NCBI GenBank assembly: GCA_021432655.1
Contig: MU271271.1
Location: 62,001 to 111,774, forward strand
Reading direction: 5' to 3'
Source: Atractiella rhizophila
Taxonomy: Eukaryota
Length of the DNA stretch: 49,774 nt
In this document: positions 1-10,923 of the stretch, one piece after another
How positions within the stretch are numbered: the stretch's first letter is position 1
Layout of the letters: the number at the start of each line of letters is the position of its first letter
Translations under genes and position numbers: made by a program
The notes under the pieces: generated by a model
Told to the model about the DNA's origin: nothing
Database searches by the model: none
Seen by the model: the letters and a program-made list of their open reading frames with translations, nothing else

Positions 1-1
1 C

Positions 2-460
2 CAGGAGGGTGACGGTGTGTGGGTGTGATAGGTCGAAGGGAGAGGCAGCACGCGGATGAACTCGGGTGTTCTCTTCATCCGGTGGACTTTGCGTTTTAGG
101 TGTTATTACCTTCACCATGTTTCCTTGCATCTCAGTCACTGTCAACCCCGCTACTGATAGCGGGCTTATCGGTTCGGTTACGATACCGTCCAACAGTATG
201 CCGACATTGTTCACATCGAGGATGGACTTGAGTGACCTGAAGAAGCACTATAAGGTGAATGGTGGAATCTTCTCGTTTGTGATGATGGTCTGGACTGATG
301 CCATAGGCATATTGATTTCTGAAGCCACTTTGCTGATGATGAAACAGAATAAGGTACTGTCAATGTTGGACGAAACAGGGTTCCTGGCGTGGAAACCCTC
401 GTACCGAAACGGTCCTGTCTTCCAGGTGTAGCTCCCATAGGCATGGTGCTTTCTGACAAA
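2..460 (-). pseudogene. Interrupted reading frame of unknown family, runs off the window start
   Basis: One minus-strand frame (AYGSYTWKTGPFRYEGFHARNP...IPPFTL*CFFRSLKSILDVNNVGILLDGIVTEP...HPHTVTLL) stays open for ~150 codons except a single TAG at 248-250. No family recognised. Confidence 0.25.
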
Positions 461-470
461 TTTATTAGCG

Positions 471-562
471 CTGCGAAGTGCAAGATAACAATGAGTATAA
501 GTTGCATTTAGTATAAGGAAACTACATTACCTGCGAAGTGCCAGATAACAATGAGTATAAGT
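471..562. repeat. Direct repeat, ~32 bp, 60-bp period
   Basis: ctgcgaagtgc(a/c)agataacaatgagtataagt occurs at 471 and 531 with one mismatch. Confidence 0.8.
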
Positions 563-1394
563 CTCGCACTTGCAGGTTTACAAGCTTTTATAACAGAGAG
601 ATCCCTGTGGCAAAAGATTGGCCACAGTTCCAGAAAGTGCTCGAAGGAAACGAAACGCGCAAGTGCGCAAGTGGCGAAAGGAGGAGGAGCACGATTCTGT
701 CACTTTCTTCTTAGCCATTTCTATATAATTGTCTTATGGATCTAGTCTCTCGCTAGCAAGTGGGAACTTGATTCCATATCACTTTGCACTAACAGTCCCC
801 AGTGAGTGCAAACGATATAAACAGTTATGTGATTGGGGAAAAAGATATGAAGAAAATATATTGAGCCATACTTATAATAAGTGCACATGTTTGGCATGGC
901 ATCCGGAACCCAAGGCAAACGAGCCAAAGAGATGAAATCCACTAATCTCCAACAATGCGAAGAAGTGAAGCATCAAACAAAGGCTTTCATATTTGTTTGT
1001 ATGGGAGCGACCTCTTCTTTTCTTTTCAGATAGGATCAACAGTTTTCTACCCAAAAGGGTTGAAGAAATCGGCTCATACACAAATTCAAAATGGATTAGA
1101 GGCTTGTCGCTCTGTTCTTCCGGTCCCTTCGAGTCTGTGAATTTGCAACAGGTAGCAGGACAATGACAGGGAAAAGTAACATATTTAATTTGAACCTCAC
1201 GGGAACAGACTTGATGAGCCAGTGGTATCGTCCAAGCTCTTAGTCTAAGTGTTCGGCCCGGCAAAGGAAAACAAGTCAACGAGTCCTCCAAGTTCGTTCA
1301 TATTCGCAGGCACCGCCTTCAGTCGTGGGCTGCTGAGAGGAGTCGAGAGTCTGATACAGTCGCTTCGCATTTCGCATTAGGTGTGTGGATAGGA

Positions 1395-3156
1395 TTATGC
1401 TTTCTCCTTCTCCTCCCCAGGCTCCCAAATTCCTAACCCGTCCGTCCTTGCATACTTTGCCATCGTTCTCCTCGCAATCGCAATCTCCTCCTGGCTCCAC
1501 TCTCCAAAGAATAAACGAACCCCAAGGTGATGGTTCAGCTTCCTCCCATCTTCCCGATCACCGCTCTCAGCTCCCCTCACCTGCCAATCCCCAAAGAACC
1601 AGCGGATGAAGTCCAAGAAATCAAGTGAGTACAAAACACAGTACCGGAGTGTTATCCGGTATATCTCCGTTGCATTTTTAAGGGTGCTGAAGAACTCGCG
1701 GGAAATGAGGTTTGACGTTTCCTCGCCCCCGTCAAGGAACAGCTCGGTGAGCCGTGTGAGGTGTGACAAGTCGAACGGAGTGCGTAGGATGGAGGTCTTT
1801 CCATCAGCAGAGAAGGGGGCGAGCACGAGTGTGAGATGTTCCAGAAGAGGTGGCAGAGGATGATCTGAGATGGAGGAAGGGAGAGGACATAGATCGGAGA
1901 GATACAGGTAGCGGAGGGTTTGTGGGAGAGAGTGTGACGAAAGAAGCATGTACTTGTAGAGATCTAGGTATTCAAGGCGAGATGAGAAGTGAAGACCCGC
2001 TGAGGTTGAAACGGGACAGTCCTCCACGTTGTCAACTTTGAGCCAATTGATCCTGTCACCCATCCTCCGCGTAAAGTTCTCGATTTCCTCCCTCTTCCAC
2101 TTTCTTGAACCACTTCCAAACATAACGTCATCAACCCGTTTCAGGCCTTCAATTGCATTCAACACAATCTTCGCATCCTGTTCACTCCAAAATGCATCCA
2201 TCCGCACCATCATTACACCTGGCGAGCCTGCAATGACCTCTTTTGCCATGCCAACATCCATGCTTTTGTCCAACATCAGTCTGTCCCACAGTCGTCCCGC
2301 ACCAGGATAGCATGTCAACCGGGAATACTTTCCTGCCACAGAATCAGGTTCACCCCAATAAGGAGCTGAAACTTCCCTCCAGAGCTTGCAAATGTTAGAA
2401 ACAGTGGAAGCATCTTCGGAGAAACTAAATATGAGAGAGAGGAGTTCCACAGGCAAGCACGAGATGGAGCATGGAATAACGTCTGGAGGTGGGACAGAGA
2501 GTTGGATGATGCTGACTGTTCGTAGGGGCAATGACGATTCATCCTCACCGATGGGAAGGAAACGGTCTTCATGTTCGGAGTATGAGGCAATGGGGGCAAA
2601 TATGGCATTCTCGCGAAAGAAAGGAAATGTGCGAGTATATGGATCGTGATATGAAGCAAGCGGGTTGACCCCCGATTTGACATCTCTGTCCACAGTCGAC
2701 ACATGCCCTTCAATATCCAGAAGGGCTACTGAAACATTTTCGGTGCTCATAGTAATGTGAAGATTGATCGCGCCATCCTTGTCGAGAACATTTTTGACCT
2801 GTTCAAGTGATAAATAAGACAATTTTGATGACATCTCTACAAGTTCCCACCTCCCCAATGATGGCGATAAGGCAAACGAAATCTGGAGCGTGTGAATTGA
2901 TGCAGGTAGGTGACGTAGAAAAGATGGAAGAATGGAGAGGTGGATCGAATTGCTGGAGTCGTGCGGGGTGATAACATGGACTGATGCCGTCGAGTTTGGT
3001 ATCTGGTCAAGGCCAGACGTTTGCGGCTCTGGGAGAAAAGAGTCATCAGACTAGACCCCAAAACACACGTTAGATGATAATAGGAAATCGCAGGTGGAGA
3101 TGAAATCATGCCTGAGTCACATCATCAGGTGCCAACCACCTCCTCACCCTTCGCAT
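1395..3156 (-). CDS. F-box / LRR-like protein of a lineage-expanded family
   Basis: The 487-aa ORF frame stays open upstream to an acceptor at 3051 (CTAAC...CTAG). Predicted first exon is ATG CGA AGG at 3156-3148 with donor GTGAGG. F-box motif ISCLPVELLSLIFSF...ICKLWREV is followed by LxxLxL repeats (LEYLDL, LRYLYL, LEHLTL, LTELFL). Shares GGEE-x-LIS and FFxEW motifs with 33621-35384. Confidence 0.75.
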
Positions 3157-4289
3157 CTTGACGTGATGGAAACGCAATGAAGATTGACAAAAAGTTGAAC
3201 TGAGGTCCCAAACTGTGCGCTGTGCTACCACCTTGATGAACAATTCGTGGGAGAATCTAGCAGAATGAAATAGCGATGGATCACTTCGTTTTTGAGGGAT
3301 GGATGTGCTTTGTACGACTTTTTACTCTATTTGATGTGGAGACGTCAGACGTCAAGGAACGTCAGAGAGGAAGTCATGTTGGGCAAAAGAATGCTCTGTG
3401 AATGAATGAAGGGATTCAAACGGAGTATGTGGGGATCGTACCAAGGACATTGCTGCTAAACAAGATGGAATCAATATAATGCTTGTTCGGTTTGAAGGGC
3501 GGGCGTTCATACCCGCAGCCTTAAATTGCGGTTTAATACTCCCCCTTTCTCTTCCCATGCCGCAAAGACGAGGCGAGTTAGTTCACAAATCGTTTGGGGG
3601 AGCAGGCAAGAAGAAGATGAAAACCGTGGTCATTCCCTGGCGGATAGATCGCTTGTGGAGGACAAAAGGTAGGTGACATCGAGACACTCGGAGTCAGTCG
3701 GCTGAGTGAATATTGGTTCGAATGGAGGAGAAAACTTCGTTGGGTTTTAATTTTGAGAGAGGTGCGTACGCAAGATAATAAGAGCTTGAATAACTCACCA
3801 ATGACATTGGGAATTGGTCCTCCTTCGTTGTGCGCTTTCTGCCCTTCTGCTTCCGCGTCAGCCGCTCATCACTCGCCGCTTCCCTGCTACATTCCTCCAT
3901 CACACCGATCCCTCAGTTTTCTTCATTCGCCTCCTGGCTCCGGTGTCCTACCCACCCAGACGGAGAGTAACACTCATCTTTCCCGTTTCCCCACTTCCGT
4001 CTTTCCTCTCTTAAGCGAGTAAGCGAGAAAACGGGCCAGGATATTTAGGCATCCATGTTGCCCTAGTCTCAGAGGGCGGTCGTTCATCCAAGGAGAGGAG
4101 GAAGGACGCGTCCAATTGAGGCAGCTCTAAAATGATATTCACCCTCATCAAGGCGGGAAACGATGCTGTCGCTCGAAGGGAAATAAGCATATCATTCGCG
4201 CCTACTAGGGGTAAGGAACAATCAGCTACATCCAGAGGTTCTTGTGAAGGACGAGAGAGAATGAACTATTTGAGCCTGTTCGCAAACAG

Positions 4290-4826
4290 TATAACCCGAG
4301 CTTGGACCTGGCACGGATCCAAACGGGGGATGAGCCGATAAGGGAGCAAGCGGACTGTGAATTGATAAGGCTAAAAACACATAGTTGCATAAGATAATAG
4401 GAATACCATAAGACTTAAGGAAGCATACCTAAAAACACCCAAACTAGTCGCACGTCTAACGGGTGCGAACAGAGTCAAGTAGCAGTATCTCTGTGACAGA
4501 AATAAGCGACAAGAATGTGGACTAAGAAGGCCTAAGCCTACCTTCTAGTCCGGGTGCTCTTATACGATAACAGGGGCTCACGAAAGGGGGAATAGTAAGG
4601 GACCTGAAGAGTGCCCATTGGCATAAGTAAGATGTAAGAAAGTAAAGGGCTACTCACCTCGCACACTACAACAATGCGTAACGATTAAAAGACGCTACGA
4701 GTAAAGACAGATGGTGGTTGTGTGCGAGGGAGAAATGACTGAGACAGATTGGAAATTGAACACGGAATCAGATAAGTACTTCAACGTAAACATTGCACAT
4801 TATCAATACTTCTAACCCGTATTACA
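4290..4826 (-). repeat. 3' LTR (537 bp)
   Basis: Direct repeat of 10388-10923 with 4 substitutions and 1 indel. Minus-strand ends read TGTAATACGGG...CTCGGGTTATA. Confidence 0.97.
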
Positions 4827-4840
4827 CCCTCCCCCCTTTT
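4827..4840 (-). other. Polypurine tract (PPT)
   Basis: AAAAGGGGGGAGGG directly abuts the TG start of the 3' LTR on the minus strand. Confidence 0.93.
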
Positions 4841-4879
4841 AGAACCGAAGCGTCCCGCGAGGTTGGGTGTAATGAATCT

Positions 4880-7800
4880 CTAATTCTTCCTCCTTGCTCG
4901 TCCCTTTCTCTTGACTCTCATCCTCGCCATAAATTCGTCTAGGAGTTCCTGGCAGTTGGTGAGGTTCTCTTTGGGCTCCCAAGTCGCTTCCGAATGATGT
5001 TCTCCTGCCCAATGAACAAGATATTTGTTGCCCTTGACCTCGAGGATTTGTTGGACTTCTTGTTCTTCATCTTCTTCGAGGATTTGGGGGGCGGGGACGG
5101 CGTGACTTCGACGGGAGCGGAGAGAGTTGGAGGTAGAGGGGGAGATCCAAGGCTTGAGGAGGGAGGAATGGAAGACCGGATGGATGCGTGACATCGAGTC
5201 GGGGAGAGTGAGCCTGAAAGCGACCGGAGAGACGACCTTCTCGATTCTGAACGGTCCGACCCACAGGTCGTCAAGTTTGCGTGAGGGGCGGCGTAATTTG
5301 AGGTTTCTCGTCGACAACCAGACATAGTCGCCTTCGTTGAAATCTGAATGTCCTCTTTTCTTGTCTGCGTGCTCCGTTTGACGCTCTTGCGCGAGCTTGA
5401 TCTCCTTTTTGACCTTTGTGTGGAGGTCCTGTAGCCGGTTGAAAAGGGACTCTGCCTTTGGATTGATGGCTTCGCCAGCGTATGAGGAAGGGAACCGTGG
5501 GTGGTACGCGTAGTTGAGGAAGAAGGGAGTTTCGTTGGTAGTGGCTGAAGGGGAGTTGTTGAGTGCGAATTCTGCGAGCGGTAGGAGTTCTTCCCAGTCA
5601 TCTTGGTTGTAGGAAATGTAGGCACGAAGGACTTGTTCGAGCGTGCGGTTCGTCCGCTCTGTCTGGCCGTCCGTTTGCGGATGATACGCCGTCGACATCT
5701 TCAAGTCCGTTCGGAATCGCCGGAAGAGCTCCTGCCAAAAGGCGGAGGTGAATTTGACGTCGCGGTCAGAGACGATTGAGGAAGGAACTCCATGCAACTT
5801 AATGCAATGGAGGAAGAGGCCGGCAACCTGCTCCGCTGTGTTGTCCTTGCGACAGGGCAGCAGGTGTACCATCTTCGTGAATCGATCCACGACGACGAGG
5901 ATAGAGTCGTGGGCAAGCGTAGTGAGTGGGAGGTCCGTTATAAAGTCCATGGAGACTGATTCCCATGGCACATTAGGGACCGGGAGCGGCTGCAGCTTTC
6001 CTCTCGGCTTCTCGTTCGCTGGTTTCGTCCTCGCGCAAGTGGCGCACAAGGCACACCAGTCTCGACAGAAGTTGCTGATGTCGGGGAAGAAGAAGTCGCG
6101 TGTGACGAGGTTGTAAGTTCTATCTTGCCCGAAATGTCCTCCAAGCGCTGAATCATGACGCTCCTGAAGGATCTTCCTTCGCAGCTCGGTAGTTGGTATA
6201 ACGAGACGAGTTTTGTTTTTGTATAGTACTCCTTTTTCACTGAAAGCGATACCTCGAAGCTGAGAAGACACTGATCGGGTACGAGGGAGAGTTGGGTCGC
6301 GCAGAAAGGGGAGCAAGGGTGCCAACCATGCATCCTTTTCGTAGCTTGTCACACACTCCTGGATTAGTGGGGTACTGAGGGTGGAGACACTGAGGTTTGA
6401 GAGAGAAACCACTGATTGATTCCCTACTGCCGAAGTACAGGAACCGGGTAACGAGCGCAAGGCGGAGAGGTAGAACGCCGGGTTTCGAGAGAGCGCATCG
6501 GGTACCGAGTTTTGGGCCCCTGGAATGTATTGAATCTCGAAATTGTACGTTGAGAGAACCTCGTTCCACCGAGCTTGTCTACGAGATAAGTTCGGTTGAG
6601 TTTGGAAGTAACGGAGTGAGTGGTGGTCGGTTAGGATTGTGAAATGTGGGAGACCTTCAAGGTAGTGTCTCCAGGTCTTCAACGCATGTACGACTGCCAG
6701 CATTTCCTTCTCGTGTACCGTGTAGCGTACTTCTGCACCGCGCAGTTTGCGAGATTCGAAGGCAACAGGTTGCCACTTGCCTGTGTCTTCGAATTCTTGC
6801 TCTATTACTGCTCCGATAGCGAAGTCGGAAGCATCAGATGCGACACGAGTTGGGAGCGAGGGGTCGTAAACTCGCAGGAAGGGAGCGGAGGTGTATGAGT
6901 TTTTGAGCGAGTCGAATGCTTCCTGCTGGGGGGAAGACCATTCGAACGGTTGCTCCTTGCGGAGGAGGCTTGTGAGAGGAGTGACGATGGCAGAGTAGCC
7001 TCTGATGAACCTTCGGTAGTAGTTGGCGAGTCCGAGGAAGCTCTGGAGCTCACGGACATTTGATGGTGCCTTCCACTCCTGGATCGCACTGAGTTTCTTC
7101 GGGTCCATCGATATTCCTTTGTCAGAAACGATGTGACCTAAGAACTCGGTCTCCGTCACCCAGAACTCGCATTTCTTGGGTGAGGCAATGAGCTTGTTCT
7201 CGCGGAGTGCCTGCAGTACCAAGCGAATGTGCTCCGCGTGCTCCTCAGGCGTCTTGGAGAAGATGAGGATGTCGTCCAAGTAGACCACTACGAAGAGATC
7301 GAGGTATGGGCGGAGGACTTTGTTCATCAACGCTTGAAAGGTTGCAGGAGCGTTGGTGAGCCCGAACGGCATGACAAGGGACTCGTAGAGTCCATATCGG
7401 GTCTTGAACGCCGTTTTGTGAATCGAGTCTGGATGGATAGGAACTTGATTATAACCTTTGGTTAAATCAATCTTGCTGAAGAGCTTGGCTCCCACAAGCC
7501 TATCCAAACAGTCGTCGATTCGTGGAAGGGGAAAGCGATTCTTGATCGTTTGCTGGTTGAGCGCACGGAAATCATGACAGAGTCGCAGAGAACCGTCTTT
7601 CTTGGGAACGAAGAGGACAGGAGCACCATAAGGTGAGTCTGACGGACGAATCCTACCTGCTTCGACTTCTTCCTGCAACCAAGCTTTCAGAGTGGCCAGC
7701 TCTGATGGGGAGTTGCGGTAGAGGGGTCGATTAGGAGGTGAAGAGCCCGGGAGCTCGTGAATTTCGTGAGACACTCCACGGTCAACGACACCGCGAGGTA

Positions 7801-8911
7801 AGTCGGACGAGAAGACGTCCCGAAATTCGTTGAGGACCTCTTTCAGCGCGGTAACTTCCGTATTGAAGATGGAAGGCTGAGGAGTGGTGCCACACTCCTC
7901 CTCGTCGCGGGTGGAGGGACGGACCATTGCAAGGAACACTTTCGTGCTCTTCTTCCTTGCAGCACGTTTGAGAGCGAGGGAACTGATCAGATGGACGTTT
8001 GAGTGAGATTTAGGTCGATGCGCATCGGGAGGGGGTTCTGATCGCTGTTCCGAGGTCCAAAGGCGAAGTTGATCACGTAAGGGGAGACGAAGCGATGCGA
8101 TTCTACACTTGCTTCTCCTAGCGAAGTAGTGTTTCGGCGGAGCTGGTGTCCTGTGTACGCGAGTGGTACTTGCAGCCGGTAGAACGGACGACGAATCACT
8201 GAGAGGAGATGTTGGAGTTGGGTTTGGCTTGATTGGACATAGGGCTTCCAGTCCAAGCCAACCCAGGAGCCAAGGGACAAGACCTTTTGACTCCTGCTCC
8301 GGGAGCTGTGCTTCGGATGTAGTGGGTAGGAAGGAGTGGTCTGGGAGATACTCCGTGCCCGGACGCGACGAAAGGGTGTTCTTTCGAAAGTCGACGACAG
8401 GGTTGAAGATAGCAGACCATTTCTTTCCAATCACCACATCCGCGTGTGCAATTGACAACACACTAAGTCTCACGTTGGATGACTTGAAGACACCATCGAC
8501 TCCGGGAACTAGGAGCGATGAGGCTTCAATGTAGTGAGTTATGAGGGAACCAGGTTTCCCCTCCATCCCTTCGGTTCGGATCGCTTCTTCGTAGGGATGG
8601 AGCGGCAGGTTGGAACGTTGGCAGAAAAGGGGGTCGACTAATGCGACTGCGTCGCCTAAGCAGCCAGAGTCGTGGAAGATCGAGGCGGGACAGTCGTTGA
8701 GCGTTCCTTTCACGACTATTTGATCTTCCCAATCCGTCCCGAAAGAGTTGATGTAGATCTGGCGTTGACACTCTTTCTTGGGACGGGGACTCGATGCAGA
8801 GAGCTTAATCGAGTCCGAGGAGCCCTGCTCCTCCCCGGACGCCTCTATTTTTTCCGATTGGACGACCCGCGAGTATTCGGGCAGTCTTGATCCTTCGGAT
8901 GGGCCCCGCAA
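4880..8911 (-). CDS. pol: Pol polyprotein (protease, RT, RNase H, integrase, chromodomain), expressed by frameshift from gag
   Basis: Protease [20 protein letters not shown] and [13 protein letters not shown]; RNase [13 protein letters not shown]...EKEMLAV; integrase HDSALGGH...[24 protein letters not shown] module WVGPFRI...[11 protein letters not shown]; chromodomain [21 protein letters not shown]. Confidence 0.97.
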   Translation of the reverse strand: MRGPSEGSRLPEYSRVVQSEKIEASGEEQGSSDSIKLSASSPRPKKECQRQIYINSFGTDWEDQIVVKGTLNDCPASIFHDSGCLGDAVALVDPLFCQRSNLPLHPYEEAIRTEGMEGKPGSLITHYIEASSLLVPGVDGVFKSSNVRLSVLSIAHADVVIGKKWSAIFNPVVDFRKNTLSSRPGTEYLPDHSFLPTTSEAQLPEQESKGLVPWLLGWLGLEALCPIKPNPTPTSPLSDSSSVLPAASTTRVHRTPAPPKHYFARRSKCRIASLRLPLRDQLRLWTSEQRSEPPPDAHRPKSHSNVHLISSLALKRAARKKSTKVFLAMVRPSTRDEEECGTTPQPSIFNTEVTALKEVLNEFRDVFSSDLPRGVVDRGVSHEIHELPGSSPPNRPLYRNSPSELATLKAWLQEEVEAGRIRPSDSPYGAPVLFVPKKDGSLRLCHDFRALNQQTIKNRFPLPRIDDCLDRLVGAKLFSKIDLTKGYNQVPIHPDSIHKTAFKTRYGLYESLVMPFGLTNAPATFQALMNKVLRPYLDLFVVVYLDDILIFSKTPEEHAEHIRLVLQALRENKLIASPKKCEFWVTETEFLGHIVSDKGISMDPKKLSAIQEWKAPSNVRELQSFLGLANYYRRFIRGYSAIVTPLTSLLRKEQPFEWSSPQQEAFDSLKNSYTSAPFLRVYDPSLPTRVASDASDFAIGAVIEQEFEDTGKWQPVAFESRKLRGAEVRYTVHEKEMLAVVHALKTWRHYLEGLPHFTILTDHHSLRYFQTQPNLSRRQARWNEVLSTYNFEIQYIPGAQNSVPDALSRNPAFYLSALRSLPGSCTSAVGNQSVVSLSNLSVSTLSTPLIQECVTSYEKDAWLAPLLPFLRDPTLPRTRSVSSQLRGIAFSEKGVLYKNKTRLVIPTTELRRKILQERHDSALGGHFGQDRTYNLVTRDFFFPDISNFCRDWCALCATCARTKPANEKPRGKLQPLPVPNVPWESVSMDFITDLPLTTLAHDSILVVVDRFTKMVHLLPCRKDNTAEQVAGLFLHCIKLHGVPSSIVSDRDVKFTSAFWQELFRRFRTDLKMSTAYHPQTDGQTERTNRTLEQVLRAYISYNQDDWEELLPLAEFALNNSPSATTNETPFFLNYAYHPRFPSSYAGEAINPKAESLFNRLQDLHTKVKKEIKLAQERQTEHADKKRGHSDFNEGDYVWLSTRNLKLRRPSRKLDDLWVGPFRIEKVVSPVAFRLTLPDSMSRIHPVFHSSLLKPWISPSTSNSLRSRRSHAVPAPQILEEDEEQEVQQILEVKGNKYLVHWAGEHHSEATWEPKENLTNCQELLDEFMARMRVKRKGRARRKN
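8813..8854 (-). promoter_or_regulatory. Probable -1 ribosomal frameshift signal
   Basis: Pol is in the -1 frame relative to gag. Gag ends CGG AAA AAA TAG, and 7 nt after the A-run comes the hairpin GTCC-GGG-GAGGAGC-AGG-GCTCCTC-GGAC. Confidence 0.7.
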
Positions 8912-10305
8912 TAGCCACAGAGGTTGTTGACACGACGTCGCTCTTTCTCTGCAGCCGTGAGGTGTCCATCAGCATCGAGGTGTTCTGGTTTGGGAGGGGC
9001 GGTTGCATTTGAGTTGGACTTCGATTTCGTTGCCGGGGAGACGTTTGTGGAGGGTTTCTCCTTTGTAGCGTTCAAAGTCGAGGTCTTCGCTCCCAGCTCT
9101 GTCTTGCCTGTTTTGGATTTGCTCGACATCGCGAGGTCGAATGCAATAGCCTTGTTCGTCAACTCCACCCAGTCGAGGTCGAGGTAGTGAGGAATTTTTG
9201 CAATCTCGACCCGGACGGATTCCTTCAGGCTCTTCATGAAGAGGTGTTTCAGGAAGAAGTCACGAAAGTCCGGTGGGTTGATGGAGGAGGCTTGAATGTT
9301 GAAGTCGGCGACGAACTTGTTGACAGGGGTGTCAGATTCGTTCTTGAGTGCAAGGAGCTTATCCATATCGATAGAGAGCTGCTGTTCTCCTCCTAATCTG
9401 GCACGGATGAATTCCTCTGCCTGTTCCAGGCTTTGGAAGGGGTATTGCTCCGTGCTATCTACTCCAAGTGTTGTCTCCTCCGACTCCACCATATCCGCTG
9501 CCCGTCCGCGTAGGTTGTGGATGAACAGCCCTACTCGTCGCTCTTCAGAAGCATACTTGTGAGGGTAGCTTCGAATAATGGAACGGATCTCGCGTTGGAA
9601 GTCCTTGAACTTCCCGAAATCTTCTCCAGTAAACGGCTTACGAACCGTGTCGAGGGTAAACTCGCGCTCACTGAGGGCTCGTGCGAGCATGACCTCAGCC
9701 GGGTCGACAGAGGGGAGACGGGAGGAGGCAGCTCTGGGTAATGGGGCTGGGGAGCATGAAACTCTCGGTCGGATAGCTTCTGCTTCTTCCGCAATGGATC
9801 TCACCAGTCCTGGAGGGAGGATAGGCCAGGGAGGTGATGAACGAGGTAGGAGGAGGGAGAAGGGAGCCGGCGTGAGGAACCGGATAGTGCGGTACACCCA
9901 CCCCCGACAGAAGACAACCCAGAGGAGGGCAAGGAAGAGCATCACCTCCAAGAGGTTCCGCACCTTCCCTGTCCATCCTTGGAGCTGCTCCGCTAGCATG
10001 TGCCAGAACAGAGCGGTCATCGTCAGCGTGGGTTGCATGGTGGTGGACGAGGGTGGTGAGGTCGGCATGGATGCCGGAGGGGCCGTGATCGTCGTATCTG
10101 TTGAGAACTGAGCCGAAAACCACGAGCTGAATGGCGTGGACCATGGGGAGAGGGTGAAGGCGTTGAAAGGTGCTTGTAATGCGTCACCCATAGCGTCGAA
10201 AAAATTGAATGTCGCAGCGGCAGCTTGTGTCGTTACGCGAATCCCACGATATGAGAACGATGTAAAGCGGGAGGCGAGACGAAAGAGCTGGAACAGCCCT
10301 GACAT
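8845..10305 (-). CDS. gag: Gag with long N-terminal extension and transmembrane segment
   Basis: First ATG after the PBS is at 10305. Capsid-like [14 protein letters not shown]...LRGRAADM and [18 protein letters not shown]-terminal knuckle [14 protein letters not shown] is preceded by the typical [12 protein letters not shown]. Confidence 0.9.
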   Translation of the reverse strand: MSGLFQLFRLASRFTSFSYRGIRVTTQAAAATFNFFDAMGDALQAPFNAFTLSPWSTPFSSWFSAQFSTDTTITAPPASMPTSPPSSTTMQPTLTMTALFWHMLAEQLQGWTGKVRNLLEVMLFLALLWVVFCRGWVYRTIRFLTPAPFSLLLPRSSPPWPILPPGLVRSIAEEAEAIRPRVSCSPAPLPRAASSRLPSVDPAEVMLARALSEREFTLDTVRKPFTGEDFGKFKDFQREIRSIIRSYPHKYASEERRVGLFIHNLRGRAADMVESEETTLGVDSTEQYPFQSLEQAEEFIRARLGGEQQLSIDMDKLLALKNESDTPVNKFVADFNIQASSINPPDFRDFFLKHLFMKSLKESVRVEIAKIPHYLDLDWVELTNKAIAFDLAMSSKSKTGKTELGAKTSTLNATKEKPSTNVSPATKSKSNSNATAPPKPEHLDADGHLTAAEKERRRVNNLCGYCGAHPKDQDCPNTRGSSNRKK

Positions 10306-10372
10306 GTGCGCCGTTGGCGGCAGGTGTAGTAGTGTGAAGTACGAGGTTGGAAGGGAAGGTTGAACCGAAGAA

Positions 10373-10385
10373 GCTCTCGCTACCA
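10373..10385 (-). other. Primer-binding site, initiator tRNA-Met type
   Basis: TGGTAGCGAGAGC starts 2 nt after the 5' LTR. TGG-T-A matches CCA, A73 and U72 of eukaryotic initiator tRNA-Met. Confidence 0.8.
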
Positions 10386-10387
10386 GA

Positions 10388-10923
10388 TATAACCCGAGCT
10401 TGGACCTGGCACGGATCCAAACGGGGGTGAGCCGATAAGGGGGCAAGCGGACCGTGAATTGATAAGGCTAAAAACACATAGTTGCATAAGATAATAGGAA
10501 TACCATAAGACATAAGGAAGCATACCTAAAAACACCCAAACTAGTCGCACGTCAAACGGGTGCGAACAGAGTCAAGTAGCAGTATCTCTGTGACAGAAAT
10601 AAGCGACAAGAATGTGGACTAAGAAGGCCTAAGCCTACCTTCTAGTCCGGGTGCTCTTATACGATAACAGGGGCTCACGAAAGGGGGAATAGTAAGGGAC
10701 CTGAAGAGTGCCCATTGGCATAAGTAAGATGTAAGAAAGTAAAGGGCTACTCACCTCGCACACTACAACAATGCGTAACGATTAAAAGACGCTACGAGTA
10801 AAGACAGATGGTGGTTGTGTGCGAGGGAGAAATGACTGAGACAGATTGGAAATTGAACACGGAATCAGATAAGTACTTCAACGTAAACATTGCACATTAT
10901 CAATACTTCTAACCCGTATTACA
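10388..10923 (-). repeat. 5' LTR (536 bp)
   Basis: Direct repeat of 4290-4826. Contains a TATAAG on the minus strand near 10660. Confidence 0.97.

Larger units (their letters stand above)
4290..10923 (-). mobile_element. Full-length Ty3/gypsy LTR retrotransposon with chromodomain (chromovirus)
   Basis: Two near-identical LTRs, PBS, PPT, an intact gag, and an intact pol in PR-RT-RH-IN-chromodomain order. Confidence 0.97.

Noticed and set aside
471..562. CRISPR-like repeat-spacer-repeat
   Set aside because: Only two units, eukaryotic context and no cas genes.
10306..10446. ORF-track Gag start at TTG 10446
   Set aside because: It lies inside the 5' LTR and runs through the PBS; the same stretch is frameshifted in the other LTR copy. 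ATG 10305 is the more credible start.
4939..10513. Many antisense and alternate-frame ORFs within the retrotransposon, and similar ones over eIF4B, TMS1 and IDH1
   Set aside because: Shadow ORFs of GC-rich coding sequence with no motifs; none looks like env.
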